DNA of 20,000 nucleotides, taken from Patellaria atrata CBS 101060 (Eukaryota). Location: the NCBI GenBank assembly GCA_010093705.1, contig MU006093.1:301339-321338 (forward strand). The letters are read 5' to 3'. This document shows, piece by piece, positions 1 to 12,668 of this stretch. Each line of letters starts with the position of its first letter. The stretch's first letter is position 1. The position numbers were made by a program, and so were the translations under genes. The notes under the pieces were generated by a model. That model saw nothing but the letters and a program-made list of their open reading frames with translations, was not told the DNA's origin and ran no database searches.

Positions 1-848
1 AACGGCCCTTGATGAAGGTTTCCATCTGGAACAACATGAGGTTCTCATCCGCTATGATCATCATGGCTTTGTTTTTCGCCTCGTTCAATAACTTCTTGAT
101 TTTCGCAACCTATTTGTGAGTCAGCTCTGAAAATTGGGTTGTCGTATCTGTACTTATAATAAATTCACAGCTATCAGGAATATCTAGGCCTAAGCGTTAT
201 CCAGACGACACTGCGATTCGTCCCAACTGGCGTCACTGGAGGTACACGATTCTTGTCCCAGAACTCGGCATTTTACTAATAGCCTTGCAGTCTTGGTCGC
301 ATTTGTAACTGCACAAATATTGAGTCGTATCAGAGGCAGTTACATCCTGATGTTTGGGACGCTTTGTGTCGGCATCGCTTGCCTTCTTTTTGCAGTACCA
401 ATTTCCACAAATACTACCTACTGGGCTTATGGATTTCCTGCGATGTGTCTTTCAGTCTTTGGCGCTGGTAAGTATGTTTGAAGGGGATTTCCACGTTTAT
501 CTAACATTTTCACCTTCAGATACACTTTACCCTTGCCTTACGCTCTTCACAGCTCAATCCCTACCACATGAGGATCAAGCTATGGGCGGCGGATTGATCA
601 ATGCTGTAGGACAAGTAGGTCGATCGATTGGCCTTGCTATCGGGACTGCAGTTGAGGTCGCAGTTATAGCTCGCCAAAAGAATATGGATACCAGTACCGT
701 AGGGACGACTGATCTTGAACTTCGTGATTCGGCAATGCTTGACGGTCTTAGAGCAGCGCAGTGGTTAAGTTCTGGATTTGCCCTAGCGGCATGCTTGGTT
801 GCTGGTTTCGCTTTTCGACATGCAGGAAAGGTCGGACATAAACACTGA
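1..848 (+). CDS. MFS transporter, DHA2 (14-TM drug:H+ antiporter)/Atr1-like; 3' part only, 5' end outside the window
   Basis: Exons <1-115, 171-241, 291-467, 520-848; introns 116-170 (GTGAGT..CAG), 242-290 (GTACAC..CAG), 468-519 (GTAAGT..CTAAC..CAG). The spliced frame is continuous: RPLMKVSIWNNMRFSSAM..FNNFLIFATYFYQEYLGLSVIQTTLRFVP..TYWAYGFPAMCLSVFGADTLYP..DQAMGGGLINAVGQVGRSIGLAI..stop. It has several hydrophobic helices and motifs I recall from fungal DHA2 transporters. Confidence 0.85.
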
Positions 849-1448
849 CAGAACATTAATGAAGTACAGGATATGTCGGTTCGTGTCACTGTTCGCCAGA
901 TTCCTCTCTACTGTACGCTCGCGCTCAAAGTGCTCTCCGGTTCCGGTGTACGGGAGAAGTCGAAAACGTGCAATTGAACGATTCAACACTGCGTCCAAAT
1001 CGCCCGTACCAATAATGGATGCCTATCGCCGTGGTGGATTAACAGTCCTCAAGAGCTACTTGGAATCCGTTCTGAGGTTGAGGGACCATGTTAGTGGAAA
1101 GGAGATTGTTGGATTTGGATTTGGACGTGCAAGAAAAAACCGGTTGGAATATTGATTACACAACCCCTTTCAACGGTTTTCTTCACCAACTATCACGGGA
1201 TCTTTGGTTATCGAGTCACCACTCCACGGTACCGCGGTGCACTCGACCACAATCTACAATCTTACTATCTATAATAATTCAGCTCTACTTCGACTTAATC
1301 TCCACGTCGTTCTTCTCAGTACAGTTTATTCTTTCATCACCAAACGCGTTATACCATTGATTGCGAAAATAGTCATTGTTCTTCCCAACGCCTATACACA
1401 TATTGTTATTATCTCTATTGTTCCCATTGTCGAAGGAAAAGTCACATA

Positions 1449-2651
1449 ATGGCGCGGCTGAAACTTAATAAGAGTGGAAACAATAGCTCAATAGGGGAAA
1501 AAAACTCATTATCACCGCCCACGCCGGTTGATTCTTGGTACTATATTAATCTAGGTACTGAAGCAGAAGGAAGTGGAAGACTCAGTCGCATTCCCTTTTC
1601 TCAAGAAAGAGTTACCATCATTGAACCTCCTCAGACACAATTCGTTGATTCAATTATCCCTTCGATAGAAACGATGGCTTGCAAACCCTCTACTAAGAAT
1701 GCTACAGCCTCTAAGAAGAAGGCTAAAGTGCCAGCAAAAAGACGCGATGAGAAGAAGGCTACAGCACAAAAGACACGAAGCCGTCCCCGCAAAGCAACCA
1801 AGCGTACGGTGAATAGATCGCCCACACCCCAGACAGTTGAAGACAACGCCACAGAGGCGGCTGTAAAACCGTTCACACTCGAGAGAGCCGAAAACGATAG
1901 CAAAGATCTGGCCGTCTACTCCCAAACCGACGCAGACTTCTGGAAAGACCTGGAGCGCTCACCAAGCCCCACACCAGTATACATGAAGAGTTTCGTCCGC
2001 GCCTCCCTAAGGAGCCAAATGTGGGACCAAGCCAAAGAAGATGTAATAGAGCACGAACAATGCATGCGAACAGACTCCCAGCACACCTACACCTACGCCT
2101 CCAACTCTCCCCGTACCCAAAAGCGCTCCCGTACATCATCAGACTCGACATCGGACGCTTGGATCCTCCCCCCCCTGTACCCACACAATGCAGGCCCCGT
2201 ACCGTCCTTCCACCCAACCGCCACCAACGACCCTGTACCGGAGCACTATCCGATACAGGAGTACCGCCTCGACGCCGTCTTCCCCGAAGAAACCGACCGC
2301 TCCCCACGGAACCTCCGGCTGCATACCTACTACCAGCAACCGGAGCGTTCGGCGCTGTACGAGCGGTACGGCTTCGATGATGACGTGATGTCGAAGTGGT
2401 ATCCGACGCTCGAGCCGAACCGATCGAACCGGGTGGTAAGGACGGTACCGGGCCGGCAGAAACGGGGACGGAGAGTTGTGCGGAGGGTGTCGTTTGGGAG
2501 CTCCACCATCGAGAGCTGCCTGCGCTTCACCAGGAAGGTGTTGAGTTTCGGTTTGCCGCCTCCGCCGAATTTCGGCGAGAGACCCGATCCGGTTCCGCTG
2601 GCGGGACAGAAGAGGAAGAGGTTTGAGTTTGAACTTGAACTTGAGGATTAG
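1449..2651 (+). CDS. Hypothetical orphan protein, up to 400 aa, basic and low-complexity; the true start may be ATG 1673 (MACKPSTK...)
   Basis: Uninterrupted 1.2-kb ORF. K/R-rich patches (SKKKAKVPAKRRDEKK, RQKRGRRVVRR, C-terminal QKRKR). It shows the same C-rich-to-G-rich codon drift as the real genes nearby. I recognise no domain. Confidence 0.55.
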   Translation: MARLKLNKSGNNSSIGEKNSLSPPTPVDSWYYINLGTEAEGSGRLSRIPFSQERVTIIEPPQTQFVDSIIPSIETMACKPSTKNATASKKKAKVPAKRRDEKKATAQKTRSRPRKATKRTVNRSPTPQTVEDNATEAAVKPFTLERAENDSKDLAVYSQTDADFWKDLERSPSPTPVYMKSFVRASLRSQMWDQAKEDVIEHEQCMRTDSQHTYTYASNSPRTQKRSRTSSDSTSDAWILPPLYPHNAGPVPSFHPTATNDPVPEHYPIQEYRLDAVFPEETDRSPRNLRLHTYYQQPERSALYERYGFDDDVMSKWYPTLEPNRSNRVVRTVPGRQKRGRRVVRRVSFGSSTIESCLRFTRKVLSFGLPPPPNFGERPDPVPLAGQKRKRFEFELELED

Positions 2652-2946
2652 GAAAAGGGATTGGGTGGATAGGGGTACTGTGAGGAAGGGGCATCATTCT
2701 TTAGGAGTAGGGCGAGATATTCGGTTCTTTGTACAGGGATGGCATATGGATTATCATGGCATATTCACAGCAAGCGTCTACAATACGCCATAAGGGCGAT
2801 TTCATAGGCGGTTCTACAGCATATCGGGTTCTTTGTATATAGTACCGCACTGGACAAAACATTCATCACACCATCCACAATGCACGCAAAATGTGAATTC
2901 ACAATGGCTTTCATTTTCTACCCTAATGATGGTACCACATCCCTAT

Positions 2947-4748
<1,802 letters not shown>

Positions 4749-4830
4749 TCAGGTGAGAAGTTGAAGGTAAGAAGAAGACGGTAACTTTAGACGACTCTTT
4801 AGAAAATAATTGAAGCGAAAATGAACGACT

Positions 4831-5412
4831 TTTATATGTATCATAGATATCTTGCCCAGAGACGTCACAAATTGCTTTATATGGAAAATATCACCTACCC
4901 TCGAGGTCCAGCAGATCACGCTACACAAATGCAGGAGATACGATGCGCAAGTCGTTCCAATTGTGATCAATGATGGATTCCTCATACTTCCGATTGCTTA
5001 AGAGAGCTTCGAGAAACCGAGATCTCATCTATATCGACCCTGTCAGGGCAACCAGAAACGCATGATGTGCCGCAGGGCTCCGCTCCACCGGCCGGCAGAT
5101 AAATTAAGAGGGGTATGAAGAATTTAGGCGGGATGCTATTTCTCCACAAAATAGAAGAAGTTCTAGATTCTATGATCTTTTGATAATCTATATTAGCTGA
5201 GCGCGGTATGTGTCTGTATAAGGAGTTGTCGAGCTAAGAAAAGCTTGGAGTGGAACCTGGATATTCTCCTTCGGTTGTGCATCTAAAGATGCTGAGTAAG
5301 TTAAAACTTCCCACAACGGTAGAAGTGCTGCGGGGTTGCGTAGAGGCTGAGAATGCTTAGAATTCGTATTTAAACTCTATTCGGACGTCTGTTAAAAGCT
5401 CCTTGTGCGGAG
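4831..5412 (-). promoter_or_regulatory. Putative GH30 promoter: TATAAA boxes, CreA-type SYGGRG words and one XlnR-like GGCTGA
   Basis: TATAAA on the minus strand at 4836-4831 and 4881-4876. SYGGRG matches near 5078-5088, 5142, 5330 and 5407. GGCTGA at 5345-5350. These are short motifs that also occur by chance. Confidence 0.35.
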
Positions 5413-5435
5413 TTTCGTCCTGATATGGTATCCAT

Positions 5436-7371
5436 TTATGCCGGCATTGCCATTCCATCCCCCCTCGGATCGCTTCCTGCACTCCAGACGACCTGTCCGT
5501 CTTCTGTATGACACCTGATAACTTGTCCTCGTCCGAATAGTCCTCTCTGATATCCTTTGACTATCACAATATTATGACCTTTCTTTCTGAGCGATTCAGC
5601 GACATCTTCGCCGATGCCGTCCTCGATATAAACGGTCTGATCGAACACTTTACCTTGTTCAGTAGGCATTCCCGAGCCTATGCAAATCCTGGGTGCATCC
5701 AATGCTGCTTGAGGTGTGTATTTAAAGGCCAGCATATTCAGTAAAACTTGTACATGACCTTGTGGTTGCATGTAGCCGCCCATTACTCCGTATACCGAAT
5801 GCAAGCTTTGGTCCCTTGGATCTGTGATCATTGCTGGAATGATAGTGTGATAGGGTCTTTTGTTTGGCTCAATAACGTTAGGGTGGCCTTTTTGAAGTGA
5901 GAAACCGCTCCCTCGATTCTGTAATGTAAAGCCACAGCCTTTCGGAATGATCGCCGTACCGAATCCAGAGAAGTTACTATTGATAAAGGAGATCCCGTTG
6001 CCTTCGCTATCAGTAGCTGCAAAATAGACAGTGTCACTGTGGTTAAGAGCTGGTGAGCCATGTTTTAGGACGTCGGCAACCTTTTCTGGGTTAAATATTC
6101 GAGCTCGTTCTGCAAGATAAGCCTCGGATATCATCTCTTTTGTGGGAACTTTTACAACGTTCGGATCGGCTACCCACCAATTTGCGTCGGCGAAAGCTAG
6201 TCGAAGGACTTCGATGAGTGCGTGAAGGTAGCTGTACATTTTCTAAGATATCAATCCGCCAAATGTAGAAAGAAGACTTACTCTGCGGTATTATGATCAT
6301 CTTGTCCAAAGCAGGGAATCTTACCGCTCTTTTCCAATTCACTCAACATTCCCAGCGCCATTAGGGCAACAATCCCTTGACCGTTCGGTGGATGTTCCCA
6401 TACTTCCACCTCCTCGTGCTGATTCTGAGGTGCTCTAAACTTTATCGAGATTGCATCAACATCCTCACTTCCTAAATCACCATGATTTTTCAGATCATCA
6501 AGGGTTAGATGACCTCCTAGATCCGTTACTACCTTAACGATAGCTTCCGCAACTTCACCTTCATAAAACCCTTTCTTGCCTTTCTGGCCGAGTAATCTAA
6601 ACGTGTTTGCGAGTGTTGGATTCTTCATGATCTCTCCGGGTCTAGGATAACGGCATCCATGCGGTGCGTTGGGGTCTTTCTTCAACATCTCATGGCCATT
6701 TGGCGATGCGTTGAGAAGATCACTTTCAGACTCTTGCCACTACCTTTCATATTAGTTAAATACGGTCTTGTTCCCGAGAAAGTCACTCACAAATGTTGAT
6801 GAAAGTTCAGAGACGGGAAATCCCTCTTCTGCAAGATCAATTGCAGGTTGTAATATCTGTTCGAACGAAAGCTTCCCACTTCCGAATCTTTCAACACAGT
6901 CTGCCCAACCTGCAGCAGCACCTGGTATTGTTACTGCGTGCACGCTCTTTTGTGGTATTTTACCGGTTTGGCCCTTTGACATGCCCAGGTCTTCTCTTAC
7001 ACTCTCTAGTGAGACTTTTGAGCCAGCACGTCCGGAGCCATTCATTGCATGTACCCTCTTGGTCTTTCCATTGTAGAATAGACAAAACATGTCACCACCA
7101 ATGCCGGTAGAGCCAGGTTCGGTCAAATTTAGAGCTGCTGCAGTGGCAACAGCCGCATCCTGGATCATATTAGTCTAAGTAGTAGCAAAGCAGAGACGAC
7201 ACTTACAGCAGCATTTCCACCCTGACTAAGTATACTAATACCAGCCCGACATGCTAGAGGTTGTGTGGATGACACAATCCCCTTGGTACTATGCACAACG
7301 CTCCTACGACTAGGGAACGATATGAAATGGGGGTCCTCCGCAGCGTAGATGTTATGGGCACTCAATGGCAT
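5436..7371 (-). CDS. Gamma-glutamyltransferase-family Ntn-hydrolase (YwrD/HpxW-like, no signal anchor)
   Basis: Exons 7371-7207, 7159-6791, 6739-6282, 6231-5436; introns of 47, 51 and 50 nt, all GT..AG and frame-consistent. Motifs: [43 protein letters not shown], the autoprocessing site HSD|TVYF (Thr nucleophile), [18 protein letters not shown]. Confidence 0.92.
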
Positions 7372-8054
7372 CTTTAAGGTAAGATTAAATAATTGAAGGT
7401 CTTTAGATTGTTTCTTCCCAACACAACTCCTCATGTATCAAGAGGGAAATCCTTGTATCTTAAGAATTTTCAACGGTGAAACAGCGGATCTAGGAATTCT
7501 AATGAAAATTTTAGGAATCGTACCGAGGTGGATATTTGTATTGTTCAGCATCTCGTCCAACTCGTAGTTTTCATTATCCAATTGCCCCTGCGGGGCATCG
7601 TGATGGACAACGAAACATCGCCACCGAAGTATCTCCGTATTCCTTTCGTCATGCTCACGCAGGTTCTTAGAGTGTCTTGTCATCTCGAGAACGTGGAAGA
7701 GTATCCTTTAGGGACGAATATCATATTGTAGAACTAGAACGTCCTGTTAGTTCCACTCATGGAATTTTTCTTCACCTCTGTGATCCCGTTAGAATGTAAA
7801 ACTAGTTATCGGCAAAACTACGGCTCTTTCGCTCGTTATCTACAGAATTACATATCATAAATGTCTCCATACCTTGAGTACCAACGCGTTTCAACGTCGA
7901 TATTGCATCTCTGTCTCTTGTCTGATTGATTGATTGTTAGCCAGACGAGCAGTCGTTGCCCGTATCTACAATGACACTCCCGTAGTACGATACCATTCTA
8001 GTTGGGGGATTGTTACAACCCTATGGATAGGACCCATAATTAGCAATTCGAACG

Positions 8055-10096
8055 ATGTCAGATCTATAGCCATTATGGAGCGGCGGATATGAAGAGAAAT
8101 CATTCCCTATGAGCCCCTTAAAAGTGGAGAACTTCGCCTTCTCACGGTCCACCCTCTAACAACGAGCAAAGATGAATTAATTCGATACTCGATCAAGCAT
8201 GTTGCCTATAAAGATCTGCATCCAGACCAAGAATCTCAGAAGTATATCCAACATACTTGGGGGGACTACATCGCGCTATCATATTGTTGGGGGTAGGATG
8301 CCGACAGTCCTCGTAGAATCATCATCAACGGCCACTTCAAGTAACGGAAAGCTTAGAAGGTGCCCTTCAAATTATCCGAATCTCAAATGAAACTACCATG
8401 GTTCCTTACCTTGTTAAGTATTGGGTCGATGCTATCTGCATCAATCAGGCTGACAACTGTGAGATCAAGCGTGAGATAATACGAATGAGAGACATAGAGC
8501 CAGTCGACGGCTGTATTCGTTCATCTCGGAACCGAGATGGATGATAGTAGTGTCAGCATTATACTACTGATATCCATCGCTCAAAACTTAGCGGAATGCA
8601 TTAATTGCTACAATACTCTTCTCAATCTAAGATTTCGAGCTACAGAAGAAGACCGGAAAGGATATTGCGTGATCATCAAGCTTTTATGTCGTCCGTGTTG
8701 GCATAGAGTCTGGATCCTACAGGAACTTACCATGAGCAGCGAGAACGTCATCGTTGGGTATGGAGAGCACCAAATACTTTTCAAGGAGATAGTTCAAGTC
8801 ACGAGGTTCCTCGCCTCAACGGTGAAATTCTTATGATGATAACCGAGCCCCGGCCTGGAGACCGAATTCACAAGGCTTATGACCACCATGTTCGTAACCA
8901 TGTTCAAGAATAATTTAATGGACCAGCGTCTACGACTAGAAACTTCTCAAAATCATACATATTTGGACCTTCGGCTACTTCTTCTCGCCCTCGCTCAGAA
9001 CGCGCAGGCAACAAAAGCCCATACCAAAGTTTGGCATTCTTGGGCTCATGCTAGATGCCATAAAGATCAAGATGGAACCATTCATTGACTACGACCTTCC
9101 AGTCCATACATTATTCGCAGCTTTTTCAAGAGTTGTCATTGAATGCACGGACAACTTAGATATAATGCTTGCTAAAAGCTTTGGACAGACTATGACTCCG
9201 AACGGGGTGACGGATTGGCAACTGCGCTTTGACAGAGCCGGCATGCTGCACGATTGGCACTTCTACTGCTACGACCAGTTTGATGGTGCGTATGATCAAT
9301 TGTACAAAGTAATTGACGAATCACGCAAATGTAGATCTAATGGCGGTCGAAGATCTAAAGATCAATTTTCGGGGTACTTCCGGAAATTCTCTGTTGAAAT
9401 GTTCAGGTTTCTCGATAGGAACCGGACGTTACTAACAATTCTGCCCATATCCAACCAGTTCATCAAGTTAATCCTTACGATGACGAGGATGCTACGAGCC
9501 GCGCCCTTATTCATACGCTATTTGCAAATCTTTTTTGGAGTGACTTCCAAGATTCCGCTTTATTACAAATTCCATGGCTTGCCGGCGGTCTGACTGTGCT
9601 CTTCAACGACGATGGATCCCTATGCCTTAATAACAACTTGACAGAACGCATAGGTGGGATGAGACAACTGGGGTGGGACGAAGCCATCTCCGGTAACTTC
9701 TTTGCCTTCGAATGGTTCCGCCGCCGCGTCAGTCGATTCTGTATAGGGGGGAAGACGTTTCGGCATTATTTTGAGCCGGAGGTTGTTCAATGCTCGTTCC
9801 CGAATCAGCGGATCAAGCTAGATATTGTAACACTTCTCGGCGCGCCTGCTTGTCGAAGGCTTATAACTCTGTCCAGTGGCCATTTTGGACTCGCTCCAAG
9901 TACAATACAGAGAGGAGATGGGATTTACGTGTTGTTGGGTTCTTCATTTCCCGTTGTCTTACGCCCGGTAGTAGATACCGATCACTTCGAGGTCATCGGG
10001 GAGTGCTATGTGGAAGGTTTTATGAAGAGGGAAGCAGTAGAAGCTCTTGAACAGGGGAAGTTTCCATCTCCGGGACATCGTATTCTGCTAAGGTAA
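8055..10096 (+). pseudogene. Degenerate HET-domain (PF06985, HET-6OR-like) heterokaryon-incompatibility gene
   Basis: Conserved blocks are spread across frames: YEPLKSGELRLLTVHP (~8108), YIALSYCWG followed by an in-frame TAG (8294-8296), VTESLEGAL, YWVDAICINQAD..RMRDI (8419-8496), WHRVWILQEL, and the C-terminal GHFGLAP..GDGIYVLLGSSFPVVLRP..FEVIGECYVEGFM. A further TAG lies at 8067-8069, with frameshifts near 8105, 8335, 8497 and further downstream. Confidence 0.85.
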
Positions 10097-10569
10097 TAAA
10101 GTTGGATGATTTGCTTAACTTATCGATATGTGAACCTGCTCCTAAATGATCTTCCATTTGATGATGTAGGATGAAAGTAAGCCTATGATTTGGGACCTGT
10201 AGTTCACGACTGGTCCTGGGGACCTTGGGACTGCACCGTCTTCTTGCGCTTGTTGGACAAAGGCATTATAGAGGGTTGATAGAAAATGATCAAGTTTTAT
10301 GTTCAAGTTGCTCACTGAAGTTTTGTTAGGAGCACAGCAAACGATGGGGCAGTGACCACTAAGGGAGCACAGGTTTGAACTCTGTCACTCCCCCTTCCGA
10401 TCGCCTCTTCCTCTTGCCGTGAGAAACATCTGATGCCTGATAACTGCAGCACTTCGCCGTGCACTACGATGCACAGGAGGTCAGAAGGCGTAGCTGAAAA
10501 GCCCTGATTTCATACAAGCAATGTTGATTGCGGATGGCTTCGCAGCTAAAAATTAATATATTTAAAAAG

Positions 10570-10745
10570 AAAAAAAGTCAAAACAGTTCCCCACCCGCTC
10601 CTATCCATTCGGACGAGCGGCGTGGTACTTTGCTTGAGGGCATTATCCCCCCTTCTAAGGTTTGACCTCTGGACCGGTTGGTTTTGGCCCTGATTGGTGT
10701 GATGGGGTTTCCCGCCACTAGGCCACAGGTCTCTGGGATATGGAA
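10570..10745 (-). ncRNA. Candidate RNA polymerase III-type structured RNA or tRNA-derived element (unidentified)
   Basis: Minus strand: A box TGGCCTAGTGG (10725-10715), B-box-like GAGGTCAAACC (10669-10659), a GC-rich hairpin (10625-10591), then T4/T7/T5 runs (10583-10564). I see no cloverleaf and recognise no family. Confidence 0.3.
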
Positions 10746-10916
10746 GGAGGTCACAGTTTGTTTGTTTATGAGCTGGAAATGGAAGGAACGTTGTTTAGGG
10801 AGTGAGGAGGAGCTCGGATGGTGAGACCGATCCTCGGCCCGCGTCCAAGCTCCCGTCTCGGCAGCTCTCCTGCAGGGGACCCAAAAACTTCAACCAGCAA
10901 CCATCAAGCTGTAGAC

Positions 10917-12297
10917 ATGTCTATATCACCATGGATTTGCCAAAGATGTTTATCACGCACTTTTAGACTTCTAAGCAGACGCTGGATTCGTTTACAAAGT
11001 ACAGGTATTCCATCCAATACCATCTCAATGCTTCAAAATAGCCCTAACATTTCCACAGCATCCATAACAGATGATACCATCTCACCCGCTCTGCTCTCGC
11101 AAGCTCGCAAACTCAGCGATGAGCACGCAACTCTATCAAAGCAATTAAGCAATGGCTTCAATTCGCGCGTAGCAAAGAAAGTCGGTGAGCTCTCACGCGT
11201 CGCGTCCGCATTCAAAGAGCATCAAAAAGCCCTCGAGGTAGCTCCCTCCAATTTCCAACTCAAAGCCCACCGCTAACCCACAACCCTCACAGTCTCTCTC
11301 AGAGCTTCGGTCCCTCATACACGACCCCACCACCGACGCCGAACTCCGCGCCCTCGCCGCCGACGACCTCATATCTACCCGAGAAGCACTATCCTCAGCG
11401 TCCCAATCCCTAACCACGTCCCTAGTCCCACAACACCCCTTCGCACACCTCCCCTGCATGTTAGAAATCCGACCCGGCGCCGGCGGCTCCGAAGCCGCCC
11501 TCTTCGCTGCCGATCTCCTTCGCATGTACCAATCTTACACCTCGCGCCTGGGCCTGCGCACCACCCTCCTCAAATACGAAGATGCCGACGGCATCGGCGA
11601 CCCCAACGGCTCCGACGCTCCACTACAGGAAGCAGTGCTCGAAATCGCGAGCGAGGGCGCCTACGGCACCTTCCGCTGCGAAGCCGGCGTGCACCGCGTC
11701 CAGCGCGTTCCGGCCACCGAGAGCAAAGGCCGCACGCACACGAGCGCCGCGTCTGTCCTCGTCTTGCCTTCGTTCCCCTCGTCTGGGGAGGATAGCGAAC
11801 TTAACTTTGAGGATCCGGAGAGTGATTACTACATCGATGCCAAGGAGGTAAGGACGGATATCATGCGTGCGCGGGGAGCGGGGGGTCAGCACGTCAATAC
11901 CACGGACTCGGCGGTGCGGCTTACGCATTTACCGACCGGGACCGTGGTCGCGATTCAGGACTCGAGATCTCAGGTCAAGAATCGGGAGAAGGCGTGGGCG
12001 CTGCTGCGGTCGAAGATCGCGCAGGCGAGACGGGAGGCGAGAGAGGAGGAGATGGTGAGGTTGAGACGGAGCGTCGTGGGGGTTGCGAAGATGGGGAGGG
12101 GGGATAAGGTCAGGACGTATAATTGGGGCCAGCAGAGGGTTACGGATCATAGGAGTGGGTTCTCGGTGCATGATTTGGATGACGTGGTTGAGGGGGGCGA
12201 GAGCTTGGAACGGGTTATGGAGAGTGTACGGATTTGGTTGAGTGAGAGGGATGTGGAGGATTTGATTGCTAGTCAGGAGGCCGAGGAAGGGAAATAA
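10917..12297 (+). CDS. MRF1: Mitochondrial peptide chain release factor 1
   Basis: Exons 10917-11004, 11059-11237, 11293-12297; introns 11005-11058 and 11238-11292, both with CTAAC branch points. The N-terminus is Arg/Ser-rich and free of acidic residues (presequence-like). Motifs: LEIRPGAGGSEAALFA, EAGVHRVQRVPATE (PxT motif) ..GRTHTS, GAGGQHVNTTDSAVR (GGQ), RTYNWGQQRVTDHR. Confidence 0.95.
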
Positions 12298-12668
12298 GGC
12301 GTTATACTTATTTCAACTCTCGAGACTGACGTTGGGTTGCGCCTCTCCCGGGTTGGGAATCGGATGTATCAAACTAAGCATGCCGCTGCTAAAAGACTTT
12401 GGCAATTATACTCTTATTGTATAGTATAGTGCTTACTATCCTCATAGCTTTGATGTTCTGTACACTTCGAACGGACTGCATTGTTTTACCACTTTCTACA
12501 CTCATGAAGATCCGTACAGATATTGTACAGTTTACGGCAAACCAGTTATTGAGCCGACCACAAAATATGTCACACTCTCCCCAAACATACATCACTGATA
12601 TTATATACAAATTTCGTCCTCTAAGACATGTACGATCCGCACCTGGACGTCTTTCCAGCCCCAATAGC

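Noticed and set aside
2716..2840. Short direct repeats (GGTTCTTTGTA at 2723 and 2827; ATGGCATAT twice) between convergent genes
   Set aside because: Only two short copies each, with no array or terminal-repeat structure. Likely 3'-UTR signals or chance.
8067..8296. Rescue of the HET gene's TAG stops by sexual-stage A-to-I editing (TAG to TGG)
   Set aside because: Several frameshifts are also present, and editing cannot repair them.
10170..10235. RNase MRP-like words on the minus strand (AAGGTCCCCAGGACC ... AGGCTTACT)
   Set aside because: The two halves are only about 40 nt apart and do not pair as P4, so there is too little room for an MRP/P RNA.
10560..10810. Telomerase RNA, 5S rRNA, spliceosomal snRNA or bona fide tRNA
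   Set aside because: No TAACCCTAA template, no 5S or U1/U2/U4/U5/U6 signature, and no acceptor or anticodon stems for a cloverleaf.
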